A DNA stretch of 64,000 bases from an uncultured Gammaproteobacteria bacterium (GCA_963797555.1 CAWCPV010000010.1:64001-128000), one strand, 5' to 3'; shown: positions 20,429 to 31,748, counted from the stretch's first letter. Made by a program: numbers and translations. The notes: generated by a model not told the origin, from the letters alone.

Positions 20429-23175
20429 CTATTGCGCAGCGGTGACCACTGGCGCAGCAGGTCCCGGCGGCCCGAACGGGTTGGCGTGGCAGGTGCCGCA
20501 GCTCACCGCATCGCCCTGGTTCAGGGTCACGGTTTTAGTCTTCTTCCCATTGGGGATCTTGACCGAGCGGGTCTGGGCTACCTCGGAGAGGATGGTGCCC
20601 GCGCCATCCTTCCCGTGGCAGATACCGCACTTGTTGTTCAAGGTCGCCTTCGTGGGATTCTGACCCAGGTACGTCTGATGGTTATCAACCCACCATTGCG
20701 AGTAGTTGGTGCCGCTCTTGCTGCCGATAGGATGCAGGTTGTGCGGCCCATTGAGGGCGGTGTTGAGCGCGTATGTTCCCGTGTGGCAAGTGTCGCACTC
20801 GATAACCTTGCCCGTGTGCCCCTGGAGCTGGCCTGCGGTCACGTTGTCGTTGGCGACGAAGCTCCCGCTCGGGGGCGGCCAAGCCCCACCGTTCGGCGCA
20901 TTAGGCGTTACCGGCCACTCGGCGTGGGTGCTGCCGTGACACATCTCGCAGGCCACACCCTGGTGACCCCGTAATGCCGTGTCGCCGCTCGGCAGTGACA
21001 CCGACCCGCCCTTGCTGAAGCGGTACAGGATGCGCTCGCCGTTCGCGGCCTGATCCTCGGCGAAGCGCGAGTTGGGCACGGAAATGGGCTGTGCGGCCGT
21101 GCTCGCATCGGGATAGGTGAACGTGTTCCATGCCTGCAGGAGCAGGAACGGAATCGGCTGGTTGCTGTCGTCCTTGGCGTAGATGAACCCCGTGGTGTCC
21201 GCCGGCTGGTTCACCGCGTCACCCACGTGGCAGGACTGGCAGCCCGGCTCGTTCGCCCACGGGACGCGCTTGGTCAGATCCGCCCCCTCGGGGAAAGGCG
21301 TCGCAACCGACATGTTCCCGGAGAAGTCGTTGCCGACCTGTGCCATGCTGCCGTGGCAGTCCGAGCAGTAGATATTGTCCGCCGCCATCACGCCGCGCAG
21401 GCACTTGGTGTAGGTGCCGGGGTGGCACTGGTAGCAGGTGCTCTCGGTCGCACACTGGGCGATCGTCTTACCCTGAGCCGCGCAATTGGTGCATTCGAGT
21501 CGGGAGTAAGTGCTGCTCGGCCATTCCAACGCCTGCGTCGTCGGGTTGTAGGTGCAGGCGCCAGTCGTCGCCTCGACATCGGGAGAAGAAAATGTGCCTG
21601 CGGTCACCACCGTATTGCGGATCGCCTGATTGCTCGGCGGCGGCAGGAGGAACGGACTGAACCGGCTGCTCACGCTGTGCGCGTTGCGGTGGATCGCCCG
21701 CGACATGCTCGGCCTGACCCGCTGCGCGCGGCCGTTGGCAATACAGTCCTCAGGCTGCCCACCCTTGGCGGGACCGGCCGCATCCGGCGGACAGGTTGGG
21801 CTACCGCCATTGCTGTTCCCGTCGTCGTAAAGCAGTGAGCCACCCAGCGGGCCGACCTGGGCCAGGTCCAGCGCCGGGGTATAGTGGCAGGTCTGGCACA
21901 CGACCGGGTTGCCGTTGAGCGCCCTGTACGTCAGACAGCCCGGAGTCGTGTCCGCCTGCTTGCCTGTCGTCGCCACGCCCGGGGCTGACTGGCACGGGGC
22001 CGGATTGCCGGCGCTGTCGACATAGTTCCGCCCGTTGCTGTTGTCATGAAACCTCAGGATGTTGGTGTCCTGGCTGTACTCGACGCTCACATTGAGGGGC
22101 AGGTCGCCGTACTTCGGGTCCTCGAAGGCGGCCGCGGCAGTGCCGAGGGTGGCGTTGAGCGCGATGGGGTTGACCACGGAGGTCTCCAGGGGATAGGTCG
22201 GAGCTCCACGCCCCCGTTGGAGGGGTCGTTGCTGGTATGGCAGTTCTTGCAGTCGGCCTCGCCGGAGATCGGGGCCACCGTGTCGACGGTCGCCAGCACC
22301 GTCTGCTTCTTGCCGCCGACAGAGACCGCCGATACCCGCATGAGCGGATAGGGATTCACCCGCGCGGAGTCGTCGAAGGTGGTGAGCGGGATGCCGTCCG
22401 CCGAAAACCAGTTCATATTCGCAAGCTGGTAGCCGAACGGGAAGTCGACGAAAAACTGCAGGTAGGTATCGAAACGTGCAAAGCCCTGCGGCGCGTTTGC
22501 AACGTGCGGATTGCTGATACCGGGCATCGTTGCCTGGGCGACGTCCAGGCCGGGCAGGAACGCCGGGTCGGGGACGATGAGCCCCGTATCGGCCGGAATG
22601 CCGCTCGTGATATCGGCCGGGTAGAACGGGTCATAGGAGCCGTTCGGGATCGGATAGTCCCAGAAGTTGGTCTTGTAGACGCCCAGGAAACTCGGGAACG
22701 CGGGAGGCACACTGGTGCACTGATTCCCGTTGTTTGCGTCGCACTCGCCGACGACATTGAAGCCCGGCGGCTGGGGATTGCTCGGGTTAAAGACGATGTC
22801 GTTCGCACTAGATGCGGCCGAATAGTACACCTTTGTCTGACTGCCGTTCAGGATCGATGGATGCGCGCCCTTCTGGATGACCTGGGTGTGCAGCACATTG
22901 AACGGCGGCAGGATGCTCAGCAGGCGTGTATCCAGGTCCCCGCAATGCATGCCGAGGTCGTTGACCGACATCACGACGTAGCTCCCGCCCAGCGCCGTCG
23001 ACTGCTGCGGCACGGCGCTGGCCGGTTGGCTGTCCGCGTTCTGGCTCGTCGAGTTGATTGACACAGCGGGCGGCGGGGGCGGGGGCTTCTTGGCGGTCGC
23101 CAAATCCGGCCATGAAACGGATGTCGCTAGCGCCATCACCGCGGCGCCGATTACGGTTCGTCTACAAGGTATCAT
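20429..23175 (-). CDS. Secreted multiheme cytochrome c with 9 CxxCH motifs (about 915 aa), split by one missing base near 22206
   Basis: GGAGGAG RBS and a signal-like N-terminus; NDLGMHC motif; CKNCH, CQTCH, CYQCH, CSDCH, CQSCH, CEMCH, CDTCH, CGICH, CGTCH. The two track ORFs join as SNGG(V)GAPTYPLETSVVNP. Confidence 0.88.
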
Positions 23176-23483
23176 GGGGCGTGCTCCTCCTTGCCTCGGT
23201 TCCTCCAGCACCGCCCTCGGCTTCCGAGCCCGTGGTCCTCTCCGGACTCAGCCGAGGTGCGGCGGACCCTCTCCCTGTCGCTCGCCCGGCGTTGCCGCCG
23301 AGGAGAGGCATTCACCCCCACGTCCTGATTCCCGCCGAATCATCGGCCGACCGCCACATTCCCCTTGCAGTGGTCACCAACCGCCTCTGTCGGCTTCTGT
23401 TCGCGCGCCGCAGGCTCCATCCCGGAGCCGCGCTTTACTCCGCGGGCTCGCTGCTTACGTAATCAACCCCACGGTGGACGATG

Positions 23484-23526
23484 ATGGTACGGGCACGCAA
23501 CAAGGCTTTCTGTGACAATCGTCACA
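23484..23526 (-). promoter_or_regulatory. Crp/Fnr-family operator plus -10 element (class II promoter) for the cytochrome gene
   Basis: TGTGACAATCGTCACA at 23511-23526 is a perfect TGTGA-N6-TCACA. Minus-strand TACCAT at 23489-23484 places the operator centre at -41.5. Confidence 0.75.
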
Positions 23527-23570
23527 AAACGAATTCTTTACATAGGTAGAAGCTGGCCGAGGGCTCGCGG

Positions 23571-24260
23571 TCAGCCCGCTGTGCCGGAGCCAGCCAGGAG
23601 ATGGAGCGCTACCTCGTCGCGCAGCACGATGCGCCCCCTTTGAAGCTCCACTGCCCCGACGCGCTCGAACTCCTTGAGCAGGCGGCTGACAACCTCGCGC
23701 GCGGTGGCCAACTCGTCGGCCAACCGCTGGTGCGTGATGACAATCCGCGGGGGCCGGGAGTCCGACATCGTGAACCGGGCCCTCAGAAATTGCGCGAGAC
23801 GCTGCTCCAAGGTACCGAAGGCCACGTTTTGCAACAGGGTCGTGACGGCTACGAAACGCGCACGGATCTCCTCGAACACGAAACGGCGCGCGGCGTCGTC
23901 CCGCGCGACCCAGTGCCGGAACGTCGTCCCGTTGCAGGTCACCGCCTCCGCATCGCGCTCCGCCTCCGAGGTCGCGGGAGCTTCCGAGCCGAGGAGCACG
24001 CACAGCATGTTGATGGGGCAAGCCTCGCCGGGCGCCACGCGATACAGGGTGATGTCGCGCCCCCCGCGGCCGGTGACATGGACCCGCAGCCTTCCGCTCC
24101 CGATGATGGCGAACTGCTTACAGGGCTGTCCCTGTTCGAACAGCCGCTCGCCGGCCCGCAGGCGCACGAAGGTCGCGGCCCGCTCGATCTCGCTGTGCAA
24201 CGGTTCTGGGGCTTCCACGTAGAGCCTGCAACGCTGCAGGATAGCGAGCTTGGCGGTCAC
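23571..24260 (-). CDS. Crp/Fnr-family transcriptional regulator
   Basis: cNMP-like domain (LFEQGQPC, GRDITLYRVAPGEAC) and HTH (ITHQRLADELATAREVVSRLLKEF). Confidence 0.92.
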   Translation of the reverse strand: MTAKLAILQRCRLYVEAPEPLHSEIERAATFVRLRAGERLFEQGQPCKQFAIIGSGRLRVHVTGRGGRDITLYRVAPGEACPINMLCVLLGSEAPATSEAERDAEAVTCNGTTFRHWVARDDAARRFVFEEIRARFVAVTTLLQNVAFGTLEQRLAQFLRARFTMSDSRPPRIVITHQRLADELATAREVVSRLLKEFERVGAVELQRGRIVLRDEVALHLLAGSGTAG

Positions 24261-24717
24261 GACACGTTCTCCGGGTGGCCTACCACCGACGTGGAGCGGG
24301 CAGCGGAATGGGGACGCAGCCGCCGCACGCGGGCGCGGAGCGGCACATGCAGGATTCTTGAAGAGCGCCGCCTACGGACAGCCCGGTGCCGGCGACGCAC
24401 GGCCGCAGGTGACCTCGGCCGAGAACGGCAAGGAGAATACAGGAAAGCGCTTCGAAAACAAAGCGTTTCCCGGCTCAAGACAAAACGCGCGAGGCCCCCG
24501 TGAGCGCTTCGCGCGGCGAGCGGAGCATCCCTGAAGTGAGGCACACCGCTCCGGAACCGCGATCGCGGGCCGGCCCCAGGGGTCCATCTCAGTGACTCGC
24601 CGCTTCGTGACGGGTGCCAAGGAGGGGGATTTTCGCTCGAGGCCGCGTCCTGCTTTATCACGAATTGCTCCAGCCCGTATACTTAGGCTTGTCCCGCTCT
24701 CCGAAGAAGGCAGTCCG

Positions 24718-25665
24718 TTGACCCCCGCCGAGCCCCGTTCGATCTCTGCGTCCGCCAACGTCTCCACCTTCCAGGGCCTGATCCTGGCGCTCCAGGGCTA
24801 TTGGGCGGCCAAGGGTTGCGTGGTGCTTCAGCCCTATGACATGGAGGTAGGTGCCGGCACCTTTCACCCGGCGACTTTCCTGCGAGCCATCGGGCCGGAG
24901 CCCTGGAGCGCGGCTTACGTGCAGCCCTCCCGCCGCCCGACGGACGGCCGTTATGGCGACAACCCCAACCGCTTGCAGCGCTACTACCAGTTCCAGGTGG
25001 TCATCAAGCCCTCGCCGGCAGATATCCAGGAGCTGTATCTGGACTCCCTGCGCACGCTGGGAATCGACCCGCTCGTGCACGACATCCGTTTCGTCGAGGA
25101 CGACTGGGAGTCCCCCACGCTGGGGGCTTGGGGACTGGGCTGGGAGATTTGGCTGAATGGCATGGAGGTCACTCAGTTCACCTATTTCCAGCAAGTCGGG
25201 GGGCTGGATTGCCGTCCGGTCATGGGCGAGATTACCTACGGTCTGGAGCGTATCGCCATGTATCTCCAGGGGGCGGAAAGCGTATTCGACCTGGTGTGGA
25301 CGGACGGCCCCTTGGGGAAGGTGACCTATGGGGACGTGTTCCACCAGAATGAAGTGGAGATGTCGGCGTACAACTTCGAGCATGCCGATACGCGGTTGCT
25401 GTTCGCGGCCTTCGATGCCTCCGAGGCGGAGAGCCAGAAGCTCGTGGCCGCGGGCCTGCCGCTTCCGGCCTATGAGATGGTGCTCAAGGCGTCTCATGTG
25501 TTCAACCTGCTGGACGCTCGCCAGGCCATCTCCGTGACGGAGCGTGCCCGCTACATCCTGCGCGTGCGGTCGCTGGCCAGGGCGGTGGCGGAGGCGTATT
25601 ACGCAAGGCGCGAGGGCCTGGGCTTCCCGATGCTCCAGGGACGACAGGAGGCCGTCGGTGGCTGA
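24718..25665 (+). CDS. glyQ: Glycine--tRNA ligase alpha subunit
   Basis: [36 protein letters not shown]; TTG start is approximate. Confidence 0.97.
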   Translation: MTPAEPRSISASANVSTFQGLILALQGYWAAKGCVVLQPYDMEVGAGTFHPATFLRAIGPEPWSAAYVQPSRRPTDGRYGDNPNRLQRYYQFQVVIKPSPADIQELYLDSLRTLGIDPLVHDIRFVEDDWESPTLGAWGLGWEIWLNGMEVTQFTYFQQVGGLDCRPVMGEITYGLERIAMYLQGAESVFDLVWTDGPLGKVTYGDVFHQNEVEMSAYNFEHADTRLLFAAFDASEAESQKLVAAGLPLPAYEMVLKASHVFNLLDARQAISVTERARYILRVRSLARAVAEAYYARREGLGFPMLQGRQEAVGG

Positions 25666-27751
25666 GGTGCGCGACCTGCTGGTCGAGATCGGGACCGAAG
25701 AGCTTCCGCCGCGCGCCCTGAAGACGCTGTCCGAGTCCTTGCAGACGGCCCTCGTGAAGGGTTTGGACGCGGCACAGTTGCCTCATGACGGAGCGCGCGC
25801 CTATGCGACTCCCCGGCGCCTGGCGCTGTGGGTGCAGGGCCTGGCCGCCGCCCAACCGGATCGCCTGCGCGAGCGTCGCGGACCGGCGCTCAGCGCCGCC
25901 TTCGACCGGGGCGGAGCACCGACCCAGGCCGCGCTGGGATTCGCCCGTTCCTGCGGTGTGGACCTGCAGGCCCTCGATCGGGTGGAGACGGACAAGGGGG
26001 CCTGGCTGATGTTTCGCGCCTGGGACCCGGGTCGGGCGACGGCGGATCTCATCCCGGACCTACTGCGTCAGGCGCTGAACCAGCTCCCGATCCCCAGACC
26101 GATGCGCTGGGGCGACCTGGACGAGCCGTTTGTGCGGCCGGTGCACTGGTTGGTGGTGCTGTTCGGCGACCAGGTGATTCCGGTGCGCATGTTCGGCGTG
26201 ACGGCCGAACGCGTCACTTACGGCCACCGCTTTCATCATCCGGGGCCCCTGCGCATCAGCGACTGCGCTGCTTACGCCTCCCTCCTCGGGGGCGAAGGGC
26301 GCGTACTGGCAGACTTCTCGGTGCGCCGCGAGGTGATTCGCGCCCAGGTCGACGAGGCGGCCGCATCTCTGGGCGGGCGGGCGCGCATCGATGAGTCTCT
26401 GCTAGACCAGGTGACCGGGCTGGTGGAGTGGCCGATGGCCCTGGCAGGGGCGTTCGAGGAGCGATACCTCGGACTGCCGCCGGAGGTCGTCATCGCCTCC
26501 CTCAAGGATCACCAGAAGTGCTTCCACGTCGTGGGTGACGACGGGGCGCTCCTGCCCTGCTTCGTCGCCGTGGCCAACATCGAGAGCCGGCGTCCGGAGC
26601 TGGTGCGCGCGGGCAATGAACGTGTCATCCGACCGCGCCTTGCGGACGCCGCATTCTTCTGGGATCGGGACCGCACCCAGACGTTGGGGAGCCGTTACGG
26701 GGCGCTGCAGCACGTGGTCTTCGAGGAGCGGCTGGGCACCATGGGGGACCGGGTACGGCGCATCGGCGCCTTGGCAGGGGAGATCGCGCCGCGGATCGGG
26801 GCCGATCGCGCACTTGCCGAACGAGCCGCCTTCCTGTGCAAGTGCGACCTGATGACCCACATGGTGGGGGAGTTTCCCGAGCTGCAGGGGGTGATGGGGC
26901 GCTACTATGCCTTGCACGATGGCGAGGCGGAGCAGGTCGCCGGCGCCATCGAAGAGCATTATCGACCGCGTTTCGCCGGCGATCACCTTCCGCACACTCC
27001 CACGGGACAAACGCTGGCGATCGCGGACCGGCTGGATACCTTGGTGGGCATCTTCAGCCTAGGACAGGGACCGAGCGGAGACAAGGATCCCTTTGGCCTG
27101 AGACGTGCCGCCCTGGCCGTGCTGCGTGTCCTCATCGAAGGGCGCTTGCCGTTGGACCTCTGGGAGTTGCTGGACGCCGCCGCTCGGGAGTATGGCGACC
27201 CCGGTATCCCCATGGTAACGGTGGGAGACGTCTTCGATTTCATGATGGAGCGGCTGCGCGCGTATTACCTCGACCAGGGCATACGCCCCGACGAGATCGA
27301 AACAGTATTGGGGGTCAGCGAGATCCGCCAGCCCTACGATTTCGACCAGCGGGTGCGGGCGGTCGCGTTGTTCCGCCGGCTGCCGGAGGCTGAAGCTTTG
27401 ACCGCCGCCAACAAGCGTATCCGCAACATCCTGCGGCAGGCCGAGCGGGAAGGGGACGCGACAGCGGGAGATGTGAATCCGGATCTCCTGATCGCCGATC
27501 AGGAGAAGGAACTACACCGGCAGCTCCGCGCCATCAAGGAGGAAGTACGCTCATCGTTCGACGCGAGCCCGTACGGCTATACCGAGGTGTTGACCCTACT
27601 CGCGAGACTGCGCACCCCGGTCGACCGATTCTTCGATGGAGTGATGGTGCGTAGCGAGGACCCCGGCCTGCGTGCCAACCGGCTGGCGCTGCTGCGCCTG
27701 ATCACGGGGCTGTTCGGCAGGGTGGCGGACATCTCGCGGCTTCAGGGCTGA
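25658..27751 (+). CDS. glyS: Glycine--tRNA ligase beta subunit
   Basis: [36 protein letters not shown]-terminal NRLALL. Confidence 0.96.
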   Translation: MAEVRDLLVEIGTEELPPRALKTLSESLQTALVKGLDAAQLPHDGARAYATPRRLALWVQGLAAAQPDRLRERRGPALSAAFDRGGAPTQAALGFARSCGVDLQALDRVETDKGAWLMFRAWDPGRATADLIPDLLRQALNQLPIPRPMRWGDLDEPFVRPVHWLVVLFGDQVIPVRMFGVTAERVTYGHRFHHPGPLRISDCAAYASLLGGEGRVLADFSVRREVIRAQVDEAAASLGGRARIDESLLDQVTGLVEWPMALAGAFEERYLGLPPEVVIASLKDHQKCFHVVGDDGALLPCFVAVANIESRRPELVRAGNERVIRPRLADAAFFWDRDRTQTLGSRYGALQHVVFEERLGTMGDRVRRIGALAGEIAPRIGADRALAERAAFLCKCDLMTHMVGEFPELQGVMGRYYALHDGEAEQVAGAIEEHYRPRFAGDHLPHTPTGQTLAIADRLDTLVGIFSLGQGPSGDKDPFGLRRAALAVLRVLIEGRLPLDLWELLDAAAREYGDPGIPMVTVGDVFDFMMERLRAYYLDQGIRPDEIETVLGVSEIRQPYDFDQRVRAVALFRRLPEAEALTAANKRIRNILRQAEREGDATAGDVNPDLLIADQEKELHRQLRAIKEEVRSSFDASPYGYTEVLTLLARLRTPVDRFFDGVMVRSEDPGLRANRLALLRLITGLFGRVADISRLQG

Positions 27752-27811
27752 CCGTCCAGGCCGTAGTCCATATGCGATGGCGCCGGCCGGAGCGAGCCTG
27801 ACAGAGGTTTT

Positions 27812-28150
27812 ATGACGGACAAGGACTCCGACTCCTACCAGGCGATGCTGGCGGCCGTGCAGGCATTCCACGACAAGCACGACTTCAAGAAGACGGGAGG
27901 TGAGGAGCTGACCTACCGAGTCGCTCTCATGGCCGAGGAGCTCGGCGAGATCTCCTCCTGCGTGACCAAGGGAAAGAGCAAGGAAAGCTTGGCCGAGGAG
28001 TGCGCCGACCTCTTCATCCTGCTCATCGGTACCGCTATCGCGGGAGACTTCGACCTGAGGGAGGCATTCTGGGACAAGATCGCCGAGGTCCGCAAGCGGG
28101 GCGCCCGGATGATCGGGGGACGCATCCGGGTCTCGGACTTCAGGGACTAG
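27812..28150 (+). CDS. MazG-like all-alpha NTP pyrophosphohydrolase
   Basis: MAEELGE...LAEECAD (EExxE...ExxD metal motif); 112 aa. Confidence 0.8.
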   Translation: MTDKDSDSYQAMLAAVQAFHDKHDFKKTGGEELTYRVALMAEELGEISSCVTKGKSKESLAEECADLFILLIGTAIAGDFDLREAFWDKIAEVRKRGARMIGGRIRVSDFRD

Positions 28151-28153
28151 GCC

Positions 28154-28693
28154 GTGCAGCTCGTTATCCTGGACCGCGACGGAGTGATCAACCACGACAG
28201 AAAGGACTACATCCGATCCCCTGCCGACTGGCGTCCGATACCAGGCAGCTTGGCTGCGATCGCGCGATTGAACCAGGCGGGCTATCGGGTCGTGGTGGCG
28301 ACGAATCAGTCCGGCCTGGCGCGGGGCCTGTTGACCGTGGACGACCTGTTCCGCATCCACGAGAAGATGCACCAGGCGCTGGCTCAGGTGGGTGGACAGA
28401 TCGACGCGGTGTTCTTCTGCCCCCATGGCCCCGGCGATGACTGCGAGTGCCGCAAGCCGCGCCCCGGACTGTTGCTGGACATCGGTCGTCGGCTGCGGCT
28501 GGACCTACAGGACGTGCCGGTGGTCGGTGATGCTCTGCGCAACGTCCAGGCGGCGCAGGCGGTAGGGGCCAGGCCTATCCTGGTGCGCACCGGCAAGGGG
28601 CGGGAAACCGAGCAGCGGGCTGAGGGACTGGAGGGCGTCGAGGTCTTCGACGACCTGGCGTCCCTCGCCCAGCACCTGGCACTGCAGAGCTAG
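28154..28693 (+). CDS. gmhB: D-glycero-D-manno-heptose 1,7-bisphosphate phosphatase
   Basis: LDRDGVIN, TNQSG, CPH...CECRKP. Confidence 0.93.
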   Translation: MQLVILDRDGVINHDRKDYIRSPADWRPIPGSLAAIARLNQAGYRVVVATNQSGLARGLLTVDDLFRIHEKMHQALAQVGGQIDAVFFCPHGPGDDCECRKPRPGLLLDIGRRLRLDLQDVPVVGDALRNVQAAQAVGARPILVRTGKGRETEQRAEGLEGVEVFDDLASLAQHLALQS

Positions 28694-28695
28694 GG

Positions 28696-29502
28696 GTGTC
28701 CTCCGGGCCAGGGGACGGGCCGGTTTCCGGCGCGGCGGCTCCCCACGCGAGTGTGCCGGGTGCGCTCGTGTTCGTCCGCTCCCTGGCTTATGCCGTGGGA
28801 CAGGTCGCCTCCACCCTGGTGTTCGGGCTGCTGTCGCCGCTCACCTTCCCGTTACCGTTCCACGTGCGTTACGGGTTCATCAGCCGGTGGAGCCGATTCA
28901 ATCTATGGTGGCTGGAGAAGACCTGCCGGCTCGGCTATCGCGTCGAGGGCGTGCACAACATTCCCCCGGGCAACGGTATCGTGCTCAGCAAGCATCAGTC
29001 CGGCTGGGAGACCTTGGGCCTGCAGCTTCTCTTCCCGCCGCAAGTGTGGGTCGTCAAGCGCGAGCTGCTGCGCCTCCCCTTCTTCGGCTGGGGCCTGGCC
29101 ATGCTGGAGCCCATCGCCATTGACCGCAAGGCGGGGCGCAAGGCGCTGGACCAGCTCGTCTCCCAGGGCAGGAAGCGGCTGCAGGCGGGACGCTGGGTGG
29201 TAGTGTTTCCCGAGGGCACGCGCGTGCCCTCGGGGGCGAGAGGCCGCTATGGCATCGGGGGCGCCATGCTGGCGCAAAAGACCGGTTATCCGGTGATCCC
29301 CGTGGCGCACAATGCAGGCGAGTTCTGGCCGCGGCGTAGCTTCACCAAGCGCCCGGGGACCATCCAAGTGGTGATCGGTCCGCTCATCGACAGCCGCGGC
29401 CACAGCGCGGCCGAGATCAACGCGGCCGCGGAGCAGTGGATCGAGCAGACGATGCAACGAATCAGCGCGGTGACGAGCGAAGCTGCCGGTGGGCCCGTAT
29501 GA
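28696..29502 (+). CDS. PlsC-family lysophospholipid acyltransferase
   Basis: KHQSGWET, PIAIDR, FPEGTR; glyQS-gmhB-acyltransferase synteny. Confidence 0.88.
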   Translation: MSSGPGDGPVSGAAAPHASVPGALVFVRSLAYAVGQVASTLVFGLLSPLTFPLPFHVRYGFISRWSRFNLWWLEKTCRLGYRVEGVHNIPPGNGIVLSKHQSGWETLGLQLLFPPQVWVVKRELLRLPFFGWGLAMLEPIAIDRKAGRKALDQLVSQGRKRLQAGRWVVVFPEGTRVPSGARGRYGIGGAMLAQKTGYPVIPVAHNAGEFWPRRSFTKRPGTIQVVIGPLIDSRGHSAAEINAAAEQWIEQTMQRISAVTSEAAGGPV

Positions 29503-29591
29503 CGGGGTGGAGGATAGCTGTTTCGCCGCCCGCTGATCTCCCAGCGCGACACACCGGGACAGAGTAACTCGGCGGCCTGGGATCTGCGCAG

Positions 29592-31748
29592 CTACACGGC
29601 CTCCAGATTCGCGTAGGCGGCGACCAGCCATTTGCGGCCCGCGGTCTTGAAGTGGACCTCCAGGCGGGTGCGCGGCCCGTCGCCCTCCCGGCTCAGAATC
29701 ACGCCGGTTCCGAACTTGGCGTGGCGGACCATCTGGCCCGGGGTGAGTCCGGACGGGGCCTCGCAATCTCGGGGGAGCTCGATCGGCTGGGCACGCGCCG
29801 CCCCGCCGATGCGCACGTCCTCCATGAGTTCGCGGGGGATCTCGCGCAGAAACCGGGACGGCTGAGCATAGAACTCTTGCCCGTAGAGCCGGCGCCTCTC
29901 GGCGTAGGTGAGATAAAGCTGGCGCCGCGCGCGTGTCATGCCCACGTAGCACAGCCGGCGCTCCTCCTCCAGGCGTCCCTCTTCGGCCATCGATTGGCGG
30001 TGCGGGAACAGCCCTTCCTCCATCCCGGAGATGAATACCAGCGGGAATTCCAGACCCTTCGCGGAGTGCAGGGTCATGAGCTGCACGCAGTCCTCGAAGG
30101 GCTGCCCCTGGCCCTCGCCGGCCTCCAGAGCGGCGTGGGCGAGGAACGCCGAGAGGGGATCCATGTCCTCGGCCTGCGCCTCCATCCCCGCGAACTGACG
30201 CGCAGCGGTCACTAGCTCCTTCAGGTTCTCCACCCGTGCCCGACCTTTCTCCGTGGTGTCTTTCTGGTAGTGGGCGAGCAGCCCGCTGCGCTCCAGAACC
30301 AGCTCCACCTGCGCGGCCAGAGTCTCCCCCTGGGCGACCTGGGCGAGGCCGCCGATGAGTGCGACGAAGTGCTCGAGCGCCGCACGCGTCCGACCCGCCA
30401 CGTCGCCCTGCTCGAACGCGTGCTGGACCGCCTGCCAAAGCGAGCACCCGTGACGGCGCGCCTGCTCGCGAACCGCCTCCACGCTGCGCTCCCCGATGCC
30501 CCGGGTAGGCAGGTTGACGATGCGTTCGAAGGAGGCGTCGTCCGTCCGGTTGGCCACCAATCGTAAGTAGGCCAGTGCGTCCTTGACCTCGGCACGCTCG
30601 AAGAAGCGCATGCCCCCGTACACGCGATAGGGCATCCCGCTCACGAACAATGCTTCTTCGAAGGCCCGCGACTGGGCGTTGGAGCGATAGAGGATCGCGG
30701 CGTGTTGCCGGGGATGGCCGGCCGCGATCCAGTCCTGGATCCGATCCACCACGAAGCGCGCCTCGTCGGTCTCGCTGTAAGCGGCGAAGACCTTGACCGG
30801 TTCGCCCCGCTCGCCCTCCGTCCACAGGGTCTTGCCGAATCGCGTCGGGTTGTGGGTGATGAGGCCGTTGGCGGCCGAGAGGATCACTGCGGTGGACCGG
30901 TAGTTCTGCTCCAGACGCAGTACCCGCGCGTCGGGAAAGTCCCGCGAGAAACGCAACATGTTCTCGACCCGCGCACCGCGCCAGCTATAGATGGACTGGT
31001 CGTCGTCGCCCACGGCGAACACGCGGGTGGCCTCGCCGGCGAGCTGCCGGACCCAGGTGTACTGAAGGGCATTGGTGTCCTGAAACTCGTCCACCAGGAC
31101 GTGTTGGAACCGGTTCTGATAGTGGCTCAATAGCACCGGGCTGAGGCGCAGCAGCTCGTAGCTGCGCAGCAGCAGCTCGGCGAAGTCCACCAGACCGCTG
31201 CGCCGGCAGATCTCCTCGTATGCCTGGTAGATGCGGGCCATCTGACGGCCGAAGGCGTCGTCCTGCTCGGGAACGTCCGCCGGCCGGATGCCCTCGTCCT
31301 TGCGGGCGTTGACGAACCACTGGACCTGCTTCGGCTGCCACCGGGATTCGTCCAGCTCCAAGCTCTTCAGTGCGCGGCGCACGAGCTGATACTGGTCGTC
31401 CTGGTCCAGGATCTGGAAGTCCTTGGGCAGTCCCGCATCCTGGTGATGCAGCCGCAACAGCCGGTGGGCCAGGCCGTGGAAGGTGCCCACCCACATGCCC
31501 GAGACGGACCCCCCCACCAGCTCTGCGATGCGTCCCCGCATCTCGTTGGCTGCCTTGTTGGTGAAGGTGACGGCGAGAATGTTGAACGGCGAGAGGCCCG
31601 CGGTCCGGAGCAGCCATGCGATACGGTGAGTGAGGACGCGGGTCTTGCCGCTGCCGGCGCCGGCCAGTACCAGGATGTGCTCGGGGGGGGCTGCCACGGC
31701 CTCGCGCTGGGCCGAATTGAGGGATGCGAGCAGGGACGAGGCGTCCAT
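29592..31748 (-). CDS. uvrD: DNA helicase II
   Basis: AGAGSGKT, VDEFQDTN, VGDDDQSIY, LEQNYRST, TLHSAKGLEF, EEERRLCYVGMTRA, C-terminal domain with HAKFG. Confidence 0.96.
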   Translation of the reverse strand: MDASSLLASLNSAQREAVAAPPEHILVLAGAGSGKTRVLTHRIAWLLRTAGLSPFNILAVTFTNKAANEMRGRIAELVGGSVSGMWVGTFHGLAHRLLRLHHQDAGLPKDFQILDQDDQYQLVRRALKSLELDESRWQPKQVQWFVNARKDEGIRPADVPEQDDAFGRQMARIYQAYEEICRRSGLVDFAELLLRSYELLRLSPVLLSHYQNRFQHVLVDEFQDTNALQYTWVRQLAGEATRVFAVGDDDQSIYSWRGARVENMLRFSRDFPDARVLRLEQNYRSTAVILSAANGLITHNPTRFGKTLWTEGERGEPVKVFAAYSETDEARFVVDRIQDWIAAGHPRQHAAILYRSNAQSRAFEEALFVSGMPYRVYGGMRFFERAEVKDALAYLRLVANRTDDASFERIVNLPTRGIGERSVEAVREQARRHGCSLWQAVQHAFEQGDVAGRTRAALEHFVALIGGLAQVAQGETLAAQVELVLERSGLLAHYQKDTTEKGRARVENLKELVTAARQFAGMEAQAEDMDPLSAFLAHAALEAGEGQGQPFEDCVQLMTLHSAKGLEFPLVFISGMEEGLFPHRQSMAEEGRLEEERRLCYVGMTRARRQLYLTYAERRRLYGQEFYAQPSRFLREIPRELMEDVRIGGAARAQPIELPRDCEAPSGLTPGQMVRHAKFGTGVILSREGDGPRTRLEVHFKTAGRKWLVAAYANLEAV

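Noticed and set aside
24442-24470. Imperfect inverted repeat GGAAAGCGCTT...AAGCGTTTCC between the Crp/Fnr gene and glyQ
   Set aside because: It cannot be assigned to a factor or terminator from sequence alone.
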